This document shows, in pieces, positions 38,841 through 52,268 of a stretch of DNA of 64,000 nucleotides; positions within the stretch are counted from its first letter, which is position 1; each line of letters opens with the position of its first letter. The notes beneath the pieces were generated by a model that was not told the origin of the DNA, made no database searches, and was given only the letters and a program-made list of their open reading frames with translations. Origin of the DNA: Eledone cirrhosa (Eukaryota). The stretch spans positions 30,628,001 to 30,692,000 of the forward strand of contig OZ024743.1 in assembly GCA_964016885.1 (NCBI GenBank). The letters are read 5' to 3'. The position numbers and the translations under genes were made by a program.

Positions 38841-41800
38841 CCATTTATGGGTTAAATAACTACCTTATTCGAGTGGCGCCGGTAAGGTATTGTCAGCCAT
38901 TGAAAAGAAATATGGAGAGTCGATTTAACAGCACTAGGGTTAGAGCCCCTAATTACACTGTCAAGGAGCAGCCTGGTCGTTCTGACTCTGCTGGCTTAGA
39001 GCCACAGAGAGGGCCAGTGGATGATGGATCAGCTGTCTCTGAGACAAATATAAAGAATGCAGTTTTGTCCTGCAGAAGAGCCATCAAAATGGGCACTTTG
39101 AATGTGAGGACTATTCGAACGCTGGAGAAGAGAGAGGAGTTGGGACATCTGTTCGAGGAGAGTGGTATACAGATACTTGCGATCCAAGAGCACAGGATTC
39201 TACACGATGAGCCCGTGAGGAGTGTGATGATCGGGAGGAAGAGCCAGCTCATCACTACATCGGCAGTGAAGAACACAACAAATGCTGCAGTAGGAGGAGT
39301 GGGTTTTGTGTTCAGTGCAAAAACCAATCTGTTGGTGAGGGAAATAATGCCTATCTCCCCGCGAGTGTTGAGGGTGACCTTCAATGGAAACCCAAGACTG
39401 ACAGTCATCTCAGCCTATAGTCCAACCGAGGGGGACAGTGATGTGAATGCCGAGGAGTTCCATGAGGAGGTGTGTAGAGCTGTCAACACCACTCAGGCAC
39501 ACAATATCCTGCTTGTTTTGGGGGACGTCAATGCACATCTGAGTAAGGAGGGCAGTGAAGATCCTTGCTGGTACTTCCATAACAACACGAACCGAAATGG
39601 AAGACTACTGAGAGACACCCTGCTGGAGGCGAACTTGATGGCGACCAACCTAGGGTTTAGGAAGAATCTGGGGAAGATGTGGACCTACATCTCAGATATG
39701 CACCTGTCCAAGTCCCAGATTGATTTCATTCTGGTGAGGAAAAAGTGGCGGAATAGTGTTCTGAACACGGAACCATACAGCTATTTCAGTACACTGGGTA
39801 GTGACCACCGGCTTGTTAAGAGTGAGGTCCGCGTGAGCTTAAGAAAGAGCAAGGCTCAGCCCCGGAGAACAATCTATGACTGGGGAGCTTTCAAGGAAGA
39901 TGATAAGCTACAGGAGAGGTTCACAGTGGAAGTGAGAAACAGGTTTAGTGCTCTGTGTGGAGAGTCAGAGGAGAGAGAGATTGGATGGACTGAGGAGAGT
40001 GTGACGAGGAGGTACGGGCACTTCACCAATGCAGTGGCGAAAGCAAGTGAAACCCTGGTGCCGAGGAAAAAGAACAAAGGGAAGCACGTCAGCTCTGCAA
40101 ACCCAAAAGTGTGTGCAGCCAGAGAACACCTGAAAGCTGCCAGGGACCAATTCTATGCTGATCCTACGGAGGAGAGGATGGAGACTGTGGAGGTGATGAG
40201 GGAAAAGCTTTGTACCGCTTACACTGAGGTCAGAGAGGAGGCACTGATAGAGAAGATCAGAAGTGTGGAGAGAGCGGTTGACAGATCTGGATGTAAGGAG
40301 AGCTGGATGATCATCAACGAGATCACAGGGAGGAAGAAAAGGTGTTCGAGTCAGATCCAGGGAACGGGGCCCGAGGATAGGAAGAGGAAATGGCTAGACC
40401 ATTTTAGGACCCTACTAGGAGAGCCACCCTCCACAGCCCAGAGCACTGGGGAGATCAGGCGGCTGTTTGAGGAACTGGATGTTGAGACAGAGCCCTTCAC
40501 CAGAGAGGAGCTTCAGAGAGCCAAGAAGAAAATCAAGGAGGGCAAGGCTCATGGAGAAGATGGAGTGGCATCAGAGGTGATGAAGAGGTGTGATTTTGAT
40601 GATATCATCCTGGGGTTCTGTAACGGGGCACTGGAGAAAGGAGTTGCCCCGAATCAGTGGAGGATCAGTAACATCGTCCCAGTGCCAAAGAAGGGAGATC
40701 TCTCTAACACCAACAACTACCGGGGGATCTCACTGACGTCACTTGTGGCAAAGACCCTCAACAGGATGATTCTTAACAGGATTCAGCCTGAGATGGAGAA
40801 GAAGCTCAGGGACAACCAGAACGGCTTCAGAGAGGGTAGATCAACCACCAGTCACATCCTGATGCTGAGGAGGATATTAGAGGGAGCTAGAGCAAAGTGC
40901 CTTCCTGCGGTCATGGTTTTCATTGACTTTAGGAAGGCCTTTGATTCTGTGGACCGTTACTGCCTGATGAAGATCTTACAGGCTTATGGAATCCCCAAGA
41001 GGATAGTGGACCTGATATCACTGCTCTACACCAACACCAAAGCCCAAGTCATTACACCTGATGGGATGACAGAGTTCTTTGAGATACTGGCTGGAGTGCT
41101 CCAGGGAGATACATTGGCTCCCTACCTTTTTATCATCGTAGTAGACTATTGTATGCGCCTTGCACTGGAGAAACACCAGGACACTGGCTTTACTGTAGCA
41201 CCGGCTCAGAGCAGGAGAGTTGGGGCGAAAAAGGTATCGGATGCTGAATTTGCCGTGAAGGAGGCAGATGATTTGATGCGGGAGGTTGAGACTGTGTCGA
41301 TGAGTGTGGGGCTGAGAATGAATGAGACTAAAACAAAATATCTGGTAGAGAATGTTGAGAAGCCAGAGGGGATCACTAATGTAGGCGGGAAGCCGCTGGA
41401 ATTGGTTGAGGACTTCCTGTATTTGGGAGCAAAGATTGGGAATACGGAAGATGATGTGGTTGAGAGGAAGAGCAAGGCCTGGGCGGCGTGTCACAGCTTG
41501 AGATCGGTGTGGAAGTCGGACCTTCGTAGAGACCTGAAAATCCGCCTCTTCATTGCTGTAGTGGAGTCTGTGCTGCTGTATGGGTCTGAGACTTGGACAC
41601 TGACCAAGAGACTCACTCAGATGGTGGATGGGTGCTACACGAGAATGCTGAGGATGGCTCTGAACATTAATCAGTATACACTGAGGGTGAAAAACTCAGA
41701 GCTGTATGGGAGCATCCCAAAAGTCAGCTCAAAAGTGACACAGAGGAGACTGAGGTTGGCTGGACATGCTCACCGACATCCAGAGTTGACATTGCACTCA

Positions 41801-41980
41801 GTGCTCCTTTGGTAGCCCCTACATGGACACACTAGAAGAGGAAGACCAAGGTTAACATATGTTGATGCCCTAAGGACAGACACTGGTCTGTTGGAGATGC
41901 AGAACATGGCAGCGATAATGAGGGACAGAGACCGCTGGAGAGAACTCGTCCATGGATCTTGGGAATTTTATCCGCCTTAG
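38841..41980 (+). mobile_element. RTE-clade LINE, near full length, inserted in (TA)n
   Basis: Single APE+RT ORF; C-terminal RRGRPRLTYVD..D..RDRDRW; ataggcatatatatatata occurs in both flanks (about 38779 and 42019), a possible TSD. Confidence 0.92.
38912..41980 (+). pseudogene. APE endonuclease + reverse transcriptase; catalytic DD deleted, one late stop
   Basis: TLNVRT, IQEHR, AYSPT, GDVNAH, IDFIL, SDHR; YRGISL, QNGFR.GRST, FIDFRKAFDSV, QGDTLAPYLF, YLGA. FADD motif truncated at 41254; TAG at 41813-41815 with the frame continuing to 41980. Confidence 0.92.
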
Positions 41981-42024
41981 AGATATATATAGATATATAT
42001 ACACACACACATATATATATAGGC

Positions 42025-42057
<33 letters not shown>

Positions 42058-42099
42058 TATATATATATATATCTATGTATATATATATATATATATATA

Positions 42100-42396
42100 C
42101 AATATTAAATAAATGGAAATAAATGCCAAATCAACCTTTTCAAATACAAGTCGATGTTGTTACGGTATGTCGAATCTATTTATCTATAAAACTGTTTATA
42201 TTGTATTTTGTCTTAGGAAGGCATAGCATATTGTTAATATGATATCCCTGAAATATACATAATGAAATAAATATGGTTTTATAAATATAGTTTCCATTTA
42301 TTTAATATTGTAAATATACTCCAAATATTTGTCGAGTGCTTTTATATCAGTTATAAATATTTACTAGTTGTAACCCAACAATTTAAATATAACTTT

Positions 42397-42400
<4 letters not shown>
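42100..42400 (+). repeat. pLTR remnant with decayed HHR (family also at 43165-43320 and 52075-52320 on the minus strand)
   Basis: GAAAtatacaTAatgaaa at about 42250-42267; shared ataaatatggttttataa..tttccattt. Confidence 0.7.
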
Positions 42401-42458
<58 letters not shown>

Positions 42459-42471
42459 ATATATATATATA

Positions 42472-42525
<54 letters not shown>

Positions 42526-42652
42526 TATATACATATATATACATATATATATATATAAACATATATATATATATACATATATATATATATTAGGAAGATG
42601 GATCCCGACGGCTGGGGTCTTGCTTTATTTGAAAAATTCCCAGGTCTAGAAT

Positions 42653-42745
42653 TATTTCATTTACCAGTGGTTTCTTGAAAGCAAACTAATCTGCTTTCAG
42701 TCATCAGATTTGTTTGCTTTCAACAAACCACTGGTAAATGAAATA
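42653..42745. repeat. Small fold-back hairpin containing a minus-strand HHR core
   Basis: Arms 42653-42693 and 42705-42745; same HHR family as 51643-51700. Confidence 0.85.
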
Positions 42746-42843
42746 TTTATCTTAGAGAGCGCTCTTTTTTCCTGGACCTTTGCGACTGAATTACTTTATT
42801 TATATACATACATATACATATATATATTTAGATATATATACAC

Positions 42844-42916
<73 letters not shown>

Positions 42917-42917
<1 letters not shown>

Positions 42918-43114
42918 CGAAGGAAATGTGGTAACGAACCAAGTCGACCATAACGCACCAAAGTACTCAATACTTAGGCTAGTAGAGTGGGTAATAGGAA
43001 CGAGTAGGACCCCGACGGCTGAGCGCAAGCCGTTTCGACGGCTAATGCTGGAATTAGCCGTCCAGAATTAGCCGTCGAAACGGCTTGAGCTCAGCCGTCG
43101 GGGTCCTACTCGTT

Positions 43115-43118
<4 letters not shown>
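42917..43118. repeat. Dispersed (TA)n-embedded repeat ending in a ~120-nt GC-rich hairpin
   Basis: Arms about 42995-43046 and 43067-43118. Confidence 0.85.
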
Positions 43119-43168
<50 letters not shown>

Positions 43169-43212
43169 ATTATATTAAATAAATGGAAACTTTATTTATA
43201 AAACCATATTTA

Positions 43213-43270
43213 TTCTATTATATATATTTCAAGGATACCAAAAATGTTGGTACGCTATCATCAGATAAAA
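43213..43270 (-). ncRNA. Type I hammerhead ribozyme
   Basis: ttttat CTGATGA tagcg-taccaa..ttggta-tcctt GAAA tatata TA atagaa. Confidence 0.72.
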
Positions 43271-43319
43271 TACTAAATGTTTTATAAATATTTGACATGA
43301 CAAAGGATAATATAGCTTA

Positions 43320-44200
43320 CCAGTTCAAGTTATCCCTGGAAAGTGAAGGGAAGAGAGAAGAAAAGACCTATGCCACCAGGCTTACGTCGTATACAGACTA
43401 GAGTGTGACAAATGCAACAACTTCTACGTAGGTAGCACCACCAGACCACTCCACATAAGAATAAAAGAAATACCTCAATACTAACGCTTCCTCATTTAAG
43501 AAACACCTAGTTATATGCAAAAACACAGACAAAACCATAACAGTTAGGATAGAAACTAAGGAAAGAAACCTCGGCAATCTTAGAATTAAGAAAACTAATT
43601 ATAGATAAAACACAACCACCAATCAATAATAGACTAGAACTCAACACCTAATTTATAACCTGATAGGGCTTCTAGCCCCATATTTACACCACCACCCCAC
43701 ACACACGCTTACACCTCCACTTATTCTCTCTCACACATACACACACAAAACCAGTTCTAACACCAGATAACATTTATACCCCACATTTACGAATAGACTT
43801 ATCTTCTCCAACTCACACACACACACTCACATACTTACACCTTTATGCATTCTCCCACACACTTATACAGGCATGTATATAACATAAAATAAAAAAAAAC
43901 CCTAAACAAACCTCTTATAAAGGGAGACTACTCTCTATCCACCTAATTTTAACTCTTTGACATTAGAGATAGAACAGATACTCTATACTATTTCCTGTCA
44001 GCATGGCTTGGCAAGATATTTAGAACGCTGGTTTGAGACCTTTAATTCCCTCTGAAGAAGAGATATTATCACGAAAATTAAGGACATTTAAATAAATCTA
44101 AGCTAAAGGACGAATTGTCAACAATATCTTTTACAATTGCATTCTTTTTTCTATGTCCATACCTGCATTGTTACCAGCTTTATTACACATATTCAAACGT
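43320..44200 (+). mobile_element. 5'-truncated PLE (GIY-YIG + pLTR)
   Basis: About 43377-43650: YVVYRLECDKCNNFYVGSTTRPLHIRIKE..SSFKKHL; HHR at 44049-44083. Confidence 0.85.
44049..44083 (+). ncRNA. Minimal type I hammerhead ribozyme with loopless helix III
   Basis: cct CTGAAGA agagatattatcac GAAA at TA agg, then AATAAA. Confidence 0.7.
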
Positions 44201-44201
44201 T

Positions 44202-44274
<73 letters not shown>

Positions 44275-44348
44275 CGAAGAAAATGTGGTAAGGAACCAGG
44301 TGGACTATAACGCACCAAAGTACTCAATACTTAGGGTAGTAGAGTGGG

Positions 44349-44400
<52 letters not shown>

Positions 44401-45276
44401 AGTTTAACATGGAAATCATCAGGGAAGCCGTTAAAACACCCAAGTGTTGGGCAAAGATGCATCAGAGGACAGAGACCAGTGGCCAGTGGTCAACAGAAAA
44501 ACGATCCACATGGTGGTTGACAGGCAGATGGAATATAGGAAATATTGAAAAAAGAGTAGGAAAAAGAGAAGTGTGTTGGCTTACAGATGTGACAGGAAGA
44601 AGAAATATAGAAAGGCGATTTACAAGACAAATTTTCACAGAGATATCTTAAATCTCTTCAGCTCTCAAACCAGCAAAACGGTTTCGCAATATTTAAATTA
44701 TTAATATGAGTATGCAAATGATGTTTATATTAAAAGGCTGAAAAAACGTTATTTTAGACGCTATGTAAAATTTAAATAATTATGATAACGAAGGAACAGA
44801 AGGAGAAAGGAATAACGTTAATCTGGGGGTAAAAATGTGTTACCTATATTATGGGTTATAATATTGTTTATGAATTATATGAAGAATTATGGTTGTAAGT
44901 ATTTTTATTAAGATAAAAATACATTAGGATAAGGTTATATGTATATAAATATCCATATATATATTAATAAGTTGCGTATGTATTGATTGTTTATATAAAC
45001 AAATATGAGTTACGAAGGATGTTGAAATTATTATAATGATCATAATTAAGAGTGGGGTGATTTGCCTTATTATTGTTGTCAATGTATTTAATTTTATTCG
45101 TATACCCTGCTCTATTTAAAGCTTCATTATAATATTCAGGCTTATCCTCAATTACCTCTATTAACCCCAGAACAGAAATATTTAGTTCTTGCAGACACTA
45201 TTCTGAAAGCATTCTCAATGTTGAAACATTTTTGAATCCACAAATTATTTTAATCTCACAACATGAAAATAAAATG

Positions 45277-45346
<70 letters not shown>

Positions 45347-45359
45347 CATATATATAATA

Positions 45360-45915
45360 TAAGATCAAAGATGGTTAAAAGAGTTCCATGTATTTTATTA
45401 TGCGCAATTCAAAAACAATTATCATCATGGGATGATATTTCCGTTCTCATCAGAGAAAAATAGGGAGACATGATATGAAGCTTAAAAAACACTTGCGAGC
45501 AGTGTAGTGTTAAATCTACATATGAAAAATAAAATAAAGATGGATATATGAGATTGGGGAAAAAAGAAGGAAGGTGGATGGAAACGGCAAGGAAGAGGAA
45601 GAAAGAAAATAAAGGATGAGAGAGGAGGAGAAATGAGTGACAGAGAGAAAGAGATAGCCTTTAATACTGAGAAACACTGTGTCATAGAGAGAAATAAAAA
45701 AAACCGTTGTAAGATAATACATAATATAAAACAAATTTTGAAATTAAAAGTTAATGAGGTTTATGAATGGTGATGTTTATGATTAAAGAAAGAGGAATTA
45801 AGAATAGTATTTATTTAAGGTTTATATATTGCTGGGTTTAATAATATCTGCGAAAAGCAATTTATTTCATCCGATATTTGCATTGCTTTATTGTGTTACA
45901 ATAAAAATCACCTCC

Positions 45916-45918
<3 letters not shown>
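45360..45918 (-). repeat. pLTR remnant, paralog of 55895-56530, with decayed HHR
   Basis: Shared aaagatggttaa.agagttcca..tcatcag..aaaataggga; HHR consensus CTGATGA..GAAAtgcgcaTAataaaa. Confidence 0.75.
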
Positions 45919-45998
<80 letters not shown>

Positions 45999-46173
45999 TT
46001 ATATATATATATATTAGGAAGGGGCTTGCTTTATTTGATACATATATATACACATATATATGTATATATACAAATATGCATATATGTATATACAATTAAT
46101 ATATATATATATGTATGTATGTGTGTATATACATATGTATGTATGTTTATGTATATATGTATATTTATGTATG

Positions 46174-46229
<56 letters not shown>

Positions 46230-46294
46230 TATGTGTATATATGTATATATGTTTGTATATATATATATATGTATGTATTATATATATGTATATA

Positions 46295-46336
<42 letters not shown>

Positions 46337-46378
46337 CCTTTAATATATGAATATCTGTATTTGCAATTATATTATATA

Positions 46379-46466
<88 letters not shown>

Positions 46467-46469
46467 TTC

Positions 46470-46800
46470 ATTAAAATAACAGATTAAAGATTAAGCAAAG
46501 AATCGCTGCTTTCACCCTTAACGGGATCTTCTCAAACTAACAAAGTCAATCTGTAAACGCAGAAGTGGATATTTCAAAAAACGTTGCAAACGGAGGAAGA
46601 CAGGGAGACGATACTTTGGTTCGTGGAAACGTTCGCTATGTAAATAAGTAATGGTATCGTCTCCCTGTCTTCCTCCGGTTGCAACGTTTTTTGAAATATC
46701 CACTTCTGCGTTTACAGATTGACTTTGTTAGTTTCATAGATCCCATTAAGGGTGAAAGCAGCGATTCTTTACTTAAACTTTAATCTGTTATTTTAATAAA
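46470..46800. repeat. Fold-back palindrome of the 3' end of the Naiad family at 49501-49670
   Basis: Arms about 46470-46614 and 46653-46800; left arm matches 49501-49650. Confidence 0.92.
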
Positions 46801-46924
46801 TATTTGCTGTACGGTTCTTATATATTTGATATATATTTATCCTTATCGAGCCCTCTTTGGATTTTAGTCTTGAAATTTATTATTATTACTATATATATAT
46901 ATATACATATGTATGTATGTATAT

Positions 46925-47272
46925 ACAGTAGCCCTCCGGGATTCGCCGGGGTTATGTTTCTAGAGCACCCGCGAATATTGTACGAGAATATTGTACCGCG
47001 AATATTATAAACGTCAAAATATAACGTAACATATAATAAAAAAAAGAGGAAGCATTTTATGCGAAGTGTTGTCCAATAAGCCGTCAAAAACGGTATACTG
47101 TTATTCATAATTTAGAGTTACACAAATAAATATTCCCACCAAAATAGCCATGAAAATATCATGGAAGATAAATACGATTCCTCGGATATGCGGTGGTTTC
47201 CACAAAGAATCATTAATTAGGTTCTAAAGAGATATCCTCGAATAACCGGGACCGCGAATACCAGGGGTACCC
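46925..47272. mobile_element. Tigger/pogo-like MITE
   Basis: TA-CAGTAGCCCTCCGGGATTCGCCGGGGTTATGTT start; imperfect inverted end cgcgaataccaggggtacc; TA flanks. Confidence 0.55.
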
Positions 47273-47473
47273 TATATATATATATGTATATATATATCCC
47301 TACTTTCAAGCGTGAAACTAAAAACCGTACCATTTATACTGCCTCTTTGTTTTTTGTTTTCTGTTCATTTATTCAACTATATATATATGGACCTGTTATT
47401 TTTATCTAAAGACATATTTTTCCAATGCCAACCCGCCCGTCCCCTCAGTCTAACTTATTTATTATTCTTTCTT

Positions 47474-47502
47474 CTGATGAAGGACTAGGGTCCGAAATGT
47501 TA
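47474..47502 (+). ncRNA. Hammerhead-like motif, helix I not formed
   Basis: CTGATGA a-ggac tagg gtcc GAAA tgt TA. Confidence 0.5.
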
Positions 47503-47594
47503 TGACCCTCTTCCTGCTATATCGCGCGTTAACCTAATATATCTCTTCCTTCCATATACTGTACCGATTGTGTTGTTATTTCCGGTTACCTTTT

Positions 47595-47625
<31 letters not shown>

Positions 47626-47709
47626 GGACAAATTTGAACAGGGACAAAACAGAGAGACAGTACAACGAATGTTTATTAATTTCACGCTCTTTTATATATA
47701 TATATATAT

Positions 47710-48067
47710 AAAAGAGAAAACACAGGTAAGCATTAAGAGAAGGATTTTATCCAGGTATTTATGACCGTTTCATTGGTAAGCGGAACCTTATATTGCTATA
47801 CTGCAAATAGCAGCCACTCAATTATAATTGTTGTTCACAGTCCAAATTTTCAAAATAGTGAGTCAGTTACTCTTGAAATAGTTCTTAATATATAGAGAAA
47901 AACATTTATTTAAAATTGTATTTACTACTATAGAGAGAGAGAGGAATTAGAAGGTGAGGGGACAAACGGAATAGTATAGAGAGAGAGGAAGTAGCAAGAG
48001 TTAGGAAGTAGAGTGACAAACTGAGATGGATGGCGGAAGGATTCCTTGATCAGTTTTGATATGTAGA

Positions 48068-48142
<75 letters not shown>

Positions 48143-48298
48143 AACAAGTAAATCCCCGACGGCTGAGCTCAAGCCGTCGAAACGGCTTGAGCTCAGCCGT
48201 CGGGGTCTTACTTGTTCCTATTACCCACTCTACTACCCTAAGTATTGAGTACTTTGGTGCGTTATGGTCCACCTGGTTCCTTACCACATTTCCTTCGT

Positions 48299-48329
<31 letters not shown>

Positions 48330-48790
48330 CTCTTTATACCTCCCCCCTCTCTCTCTCCCTCTCTATCCATGCCTCCCACTATGATCAATTTAATTCTCCT
48401 TAACTCACTACACTCCACGATATGAAATCTGCTATCAAAACTGACCAAAGAATCCTTCCACCTCTACCCCTCCATCCATCTCAGTTTGTCATTCTACTTT
48501 CTACATCTTGCCCCTTCCTCTCTCTCTATACTATTCCGTCTGTCCCCTCACCTCCTATTTCCTCTCTCTCTATACTAGTAAATACAATTCAAAATAAATG
48601 TTTTTCTCTATACATTAAGAATTATTTCAAGAGTAACTCACTATTTTGAAAATTTGGACTGTGAACAACAATTATAATTGAGTGGCTGCTATTTGCAGTA
48701 TAGCAATATAAGGTTGCACTTACCAATGAAACAGTCGTAAATACCTGGATAAAATCCTTCTGTTAATGCTTGCCTGTGTTTTCTCTTTTG
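47710..48790. repeat. Inverted repeat (~350-bp arms) enclosing a (TA)n-flanked hairpin element
   Basis: 47710-48065 vs 48427-48790; insert at 48140-48299. Confidence 0.88.
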
Positions 48791-48969
48791 TACTTTATAC
48801 TCCAAGATTGAACGGAATTCTTACAAACATGTGGAGTTACCCCTAACCGTACGTTGAAACCATCCATGAAACTGGCTTTCTTAACCAAAAACTGGATCAC
48901 ATTAAGCAATTTTTTGCCTCTCTAACTATATATATATATATACATATTCTTCTCCACGCACTTATTACT

Positions 48970-49430
48970 GAGAGACTTGTATCAGATGCAGCCGTTTCCT
49001 ATTTGTCCGCATCATCCATAAGCTAGACCAACCGATCTCATGATTTTTATCATTACAGGTAACACGAGGTTTACCACTGAGCCTCTGGCTTGTTGGTTTT
49101 GACCCTAAAATCTGTCCTGCGGTTTTTAGCGGTGATATTGTAGACACCTGTCCATAATACCGTAGCTGTGATGTATCGAAAAACTATTTGCTCTACACGG
49201 AGCGTCACTTTGATCTCCGAGCTACGCACTCTATCGTGTAACGTTGTTTCTAGGGCTCTTTGGAAGAAGCACATTTCGGACGCTTGTAATCACCGCGATC
49301 CTATTCTTTTGTTCATTATCCAAGATTCCTGATTATACGTAATGTTTAGCAGGAATGCGGAAATGAAGACACCAACTTTGGCTTTTACTCCTACTTCCCT
49401 GTTTGTTCGTTACTGAATGCAGAAGTTGGG
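48970..49430 (-). mobile_element. Old RTE LINE 3' fragment
   Basis: LQASEMCFFQRALETTLHDRVRSSEI.. and GSKPTSQRLSGKPR resemble the RTE C-terminus. Confidence 0.65.
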
Positions 49431-49461
49431 GCATGCATATATATATAGAGCACCAATTCTA

Positions 49462-49499
<38 letters not shown>

Positions 49500-49521
49500 A
49501 TTTATTAAAATAACAGATTAA

Positions 49522-49572
49522 AGTTTAAGCAAAGAATCGCTGCTTTCACCCTTAACGGGATCTTCTGAAACT
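49522..49572 (-). ncRNA. Type I hammerhead-like ribozyme with U4A core variant
   Basis: agttt CAGAAGA t-ccc gttaa ggg-t GAAA gca gcgattctt tgc TT aaact. Confidence 0.62.
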
Positions 49573-50499
49573 AACAAAGTCAATCTGTAAACGCAGAAGT
49601 GGATATTTCGAAAAACGTTGCAACCGGAGGAAGACAGGAAAACGATACTTTGGTTCATGGTTACGTTCGCTGGCAAAGAACGGGAAAAAACGAATAATAC
49701 GTCATTAATAGGGGCGGTGAAAAACAATTACGCGCAAAGACAGAACCACGTGTATGGTATAAAAGAGGTCGTAGACTAATGTTCTCTAAGTGGTGCATAG
49801 AGACGTTCTCTGGCAATGAACGAAAAAACGAAGATAATAAGTCATATGTGGAGCGTGGAGAACAATAGCACGCAAAGACAAAACCACGTAAATGGTATAA
49901 GAGAAGTTGTAGACTAAAATTCTAACTAGGAGACCGAATGAATCTCCGCTACAGAGTTAAGAACAAAGTAAATAAATACAATACAGAAGTAATAGAAACA
50001 AATAAATACATACACGCAAACAGATACGTACATACACAAGCATACGCAAAACCTTACCATAGGTATACAAAACCACGCACATATAAATGTGTGTATGTGT
50101 GTATGCTTGTGTACAAATAAATAAATAATTATATAAACGTATATAAGTAAATAAATACGTATATAACAAGCGCACACACATACCTACAAATAAATACACG
50201 AAGGTTCGGAGACGTAAGTCAACTAAAACAAGAAGTACACATATACACACACCCACCATACGTACGAACCTGCATACTCACGCAGACGCAAAACTCCCAT
50301 ATACACATAACCAAACCCTAAATACCAGAATATGTAAAAATTATACGCCATAACAGTCAAATATACGTACGAGAAGGTATACATATCTTCATAAAACTTA
50401 CGGGTAACATATACTTACCTATGCAAATAAGTAAAGGAATAAACAAAACATATACTTAGCTCCCACATCAAGACGTAAAATATCCACGTATAGATCGTG

Positions 50500-51486
50500 C
50501 TATCCGTTAGGGTATAACGTGGGGCTGTAATACAGGAAAGTTTTGTGCAATTTATGTTTACAAGCCGAAATTGCCTCAGATTTTTTGTTTAAGATGTGGT
50601 CTGTGGCGTAGAGTATTTCCAGGGCCTCAGCGGCGCAGAGGTCACATGGTCTTTTATTTCCGTTATACGATCTAGCCCTAGCTAGGATCTCCCAGTGTAA
50701 CTTATATTGGGTGTGGTTGTCTTTTAGACTCCAGATATAAGCTGAAAGTGAAGTCATATTCCTTCTTAGAGGGTAACGAATAGAATGGGTATGCATGTAA
50801 AGACGCTGCTTGAAACTATTGGCGGTTAACCCTATGTAGGCCCTACGGGACGTGGGTGTTACAACCTTACATTTGTAGACAATGTTACTAGAGAGGCATT
50901 TCCCGGATAGGGGACAATCAGCCCTATTCCTACAATTACAGTTAGTACTAACTACAGGGTTGCACGTGTTCCTACGGCTAGGTAGTTTAGCTAAATTTGA
51001 AGCTGTGATGTTATGTGCAAGGTTAGGAGTCGTAGAGTAAGAAATTTTAATAGTGTTTCTATTAAAAAATTTACTATATTTATGTGTAGGGGGGAAATGC
51101 TTCGTAATAAGGGAAAGAAAGATCTTAGCTAATGGTGTGGCCACCTCCATAGTGTATGGTGGGTTAAACCAACAAATGCGACGGGATCTATTTCTTCTAG
51201 GTCTATTCCCGTACTCTGTATATGCTACCTTATCGACAAATCCACTTCGAGCAAGAGCTTCATTGTAATAAGTGGAATGGACGTTGAAAATGCGCTCGTT
51301 GGTGGAAAGACGGGAAAGCCTCAACGAAACGTTTTTTACCAGGTTCTTGGTTATGCTGGCAGGATGGTTGGAATGCTTACTCATGTAATTAAGCGTATCA
51401 TTCGGCTTTCTATACGGGTAATACAACCCATTCAGTAAATTGAGGGTAACGTCGAGGTAATTAACGACCGAGAGATTGGCCTCATT
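50500..51486 (-). pseudogene. PLE RT thumb + uninterrupted GIY-YIG endonuclease domain
   Basis: YLDVTLNL, YRKPND, SNHP, WFNPPY, IKISYS, CNCRNRADCPLSGKC, IVYKC..YIGLT..FKQR, CDLCAAE, LNKKSE, CKH; no internal stop. Confidence 0.92.
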
Positions 51487-51497
51487 ATCACTATATT

Positions 51498-51529
<32 letters not shown>

Positions 51530-51642
51530 TATATATGTGTGTGTGAATAAAGTAATTCCGTCGGAACGGTCCAGGAAAAAAGATTGCTCTATGTAAGTTA
51601 CAGAGCTTATTAGTTATGTAATAAACATCATAAGATAATTAT

Positions 51643-51700
51643 TTCATTTACCAGTGGTTTCTTGAAAGCAACCAAAATGGCTTTCATTCATCAGAATGAA
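51643..51700 (-). ncRNA. Type I hammerhead ribozyme
   Basis: ttcatt CTGATGA a-tgaaagc..gctttca-a GAAA ccactgg TA aatgaa. Confidence 0.88.
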
Positions 51701-52207
51701 AACTTCCTGGTAAATTTTTTGGCACTGGATTTGAAAAACAAATATATAACAGATATGAAAATGAGGCTGGAGGAAAAAAGGGGGGAGGGGGAGAATAATA
51801 AATAAGGATATATAACAACACACACGTACACACACATTCACACGAACACACACTCACATATACACACATATATACATATATAGATACATATATACACGCA
51901 TATATACACATATATATACACAGAGACACATATACACACATAGAAATATATATATATATACATATATATCCATACATAAACACAACAATATATATATATA
52001 TTTATATATATATATACACATCTACATATATACACATGCAAACACATACATATATATGTATATATACATATATGTAGAAGTTCTATTTAAATTGTTGTGA
52101 TACAACAAGCAAATATTTTTATAACTGAAATAAATCACTCAACAAATTATTGGAGTAAAAATACGATATATTAACAAATGGAAACTATAATTATAAAACC
52201 ATATTTA

Positions 52208-52268
52208 TTTCATTATACATATTTCAAGGAAACCAAGTTAAATTATGGTGTGCTTTCATCAGATAAAA
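52208..52268 (-). ncRNA. Type I hammerhead ribozyme
   Basis: ttttat CTGATGA aagcacacca..tggtttcctt GAAA tatgta TA atgaaa. Confidence 0.75.

Larger units (their letters stand above)
49501..51490 (-). mobile_element. 5'-truncated Naiad-type PLE
   Basis: ORF 50500-51426, ~1 kb 3' UTR and terminal HHR; (TA)n on both sides. Confidence 0.92.

Noticed and set aside
38841-39050. HDV-like ribozyme in the RTE 5' region
   Set aside because: Only a simple hairpin (taccttat/gtaaggta) was found; the nested pseudoknot could not be built by eye
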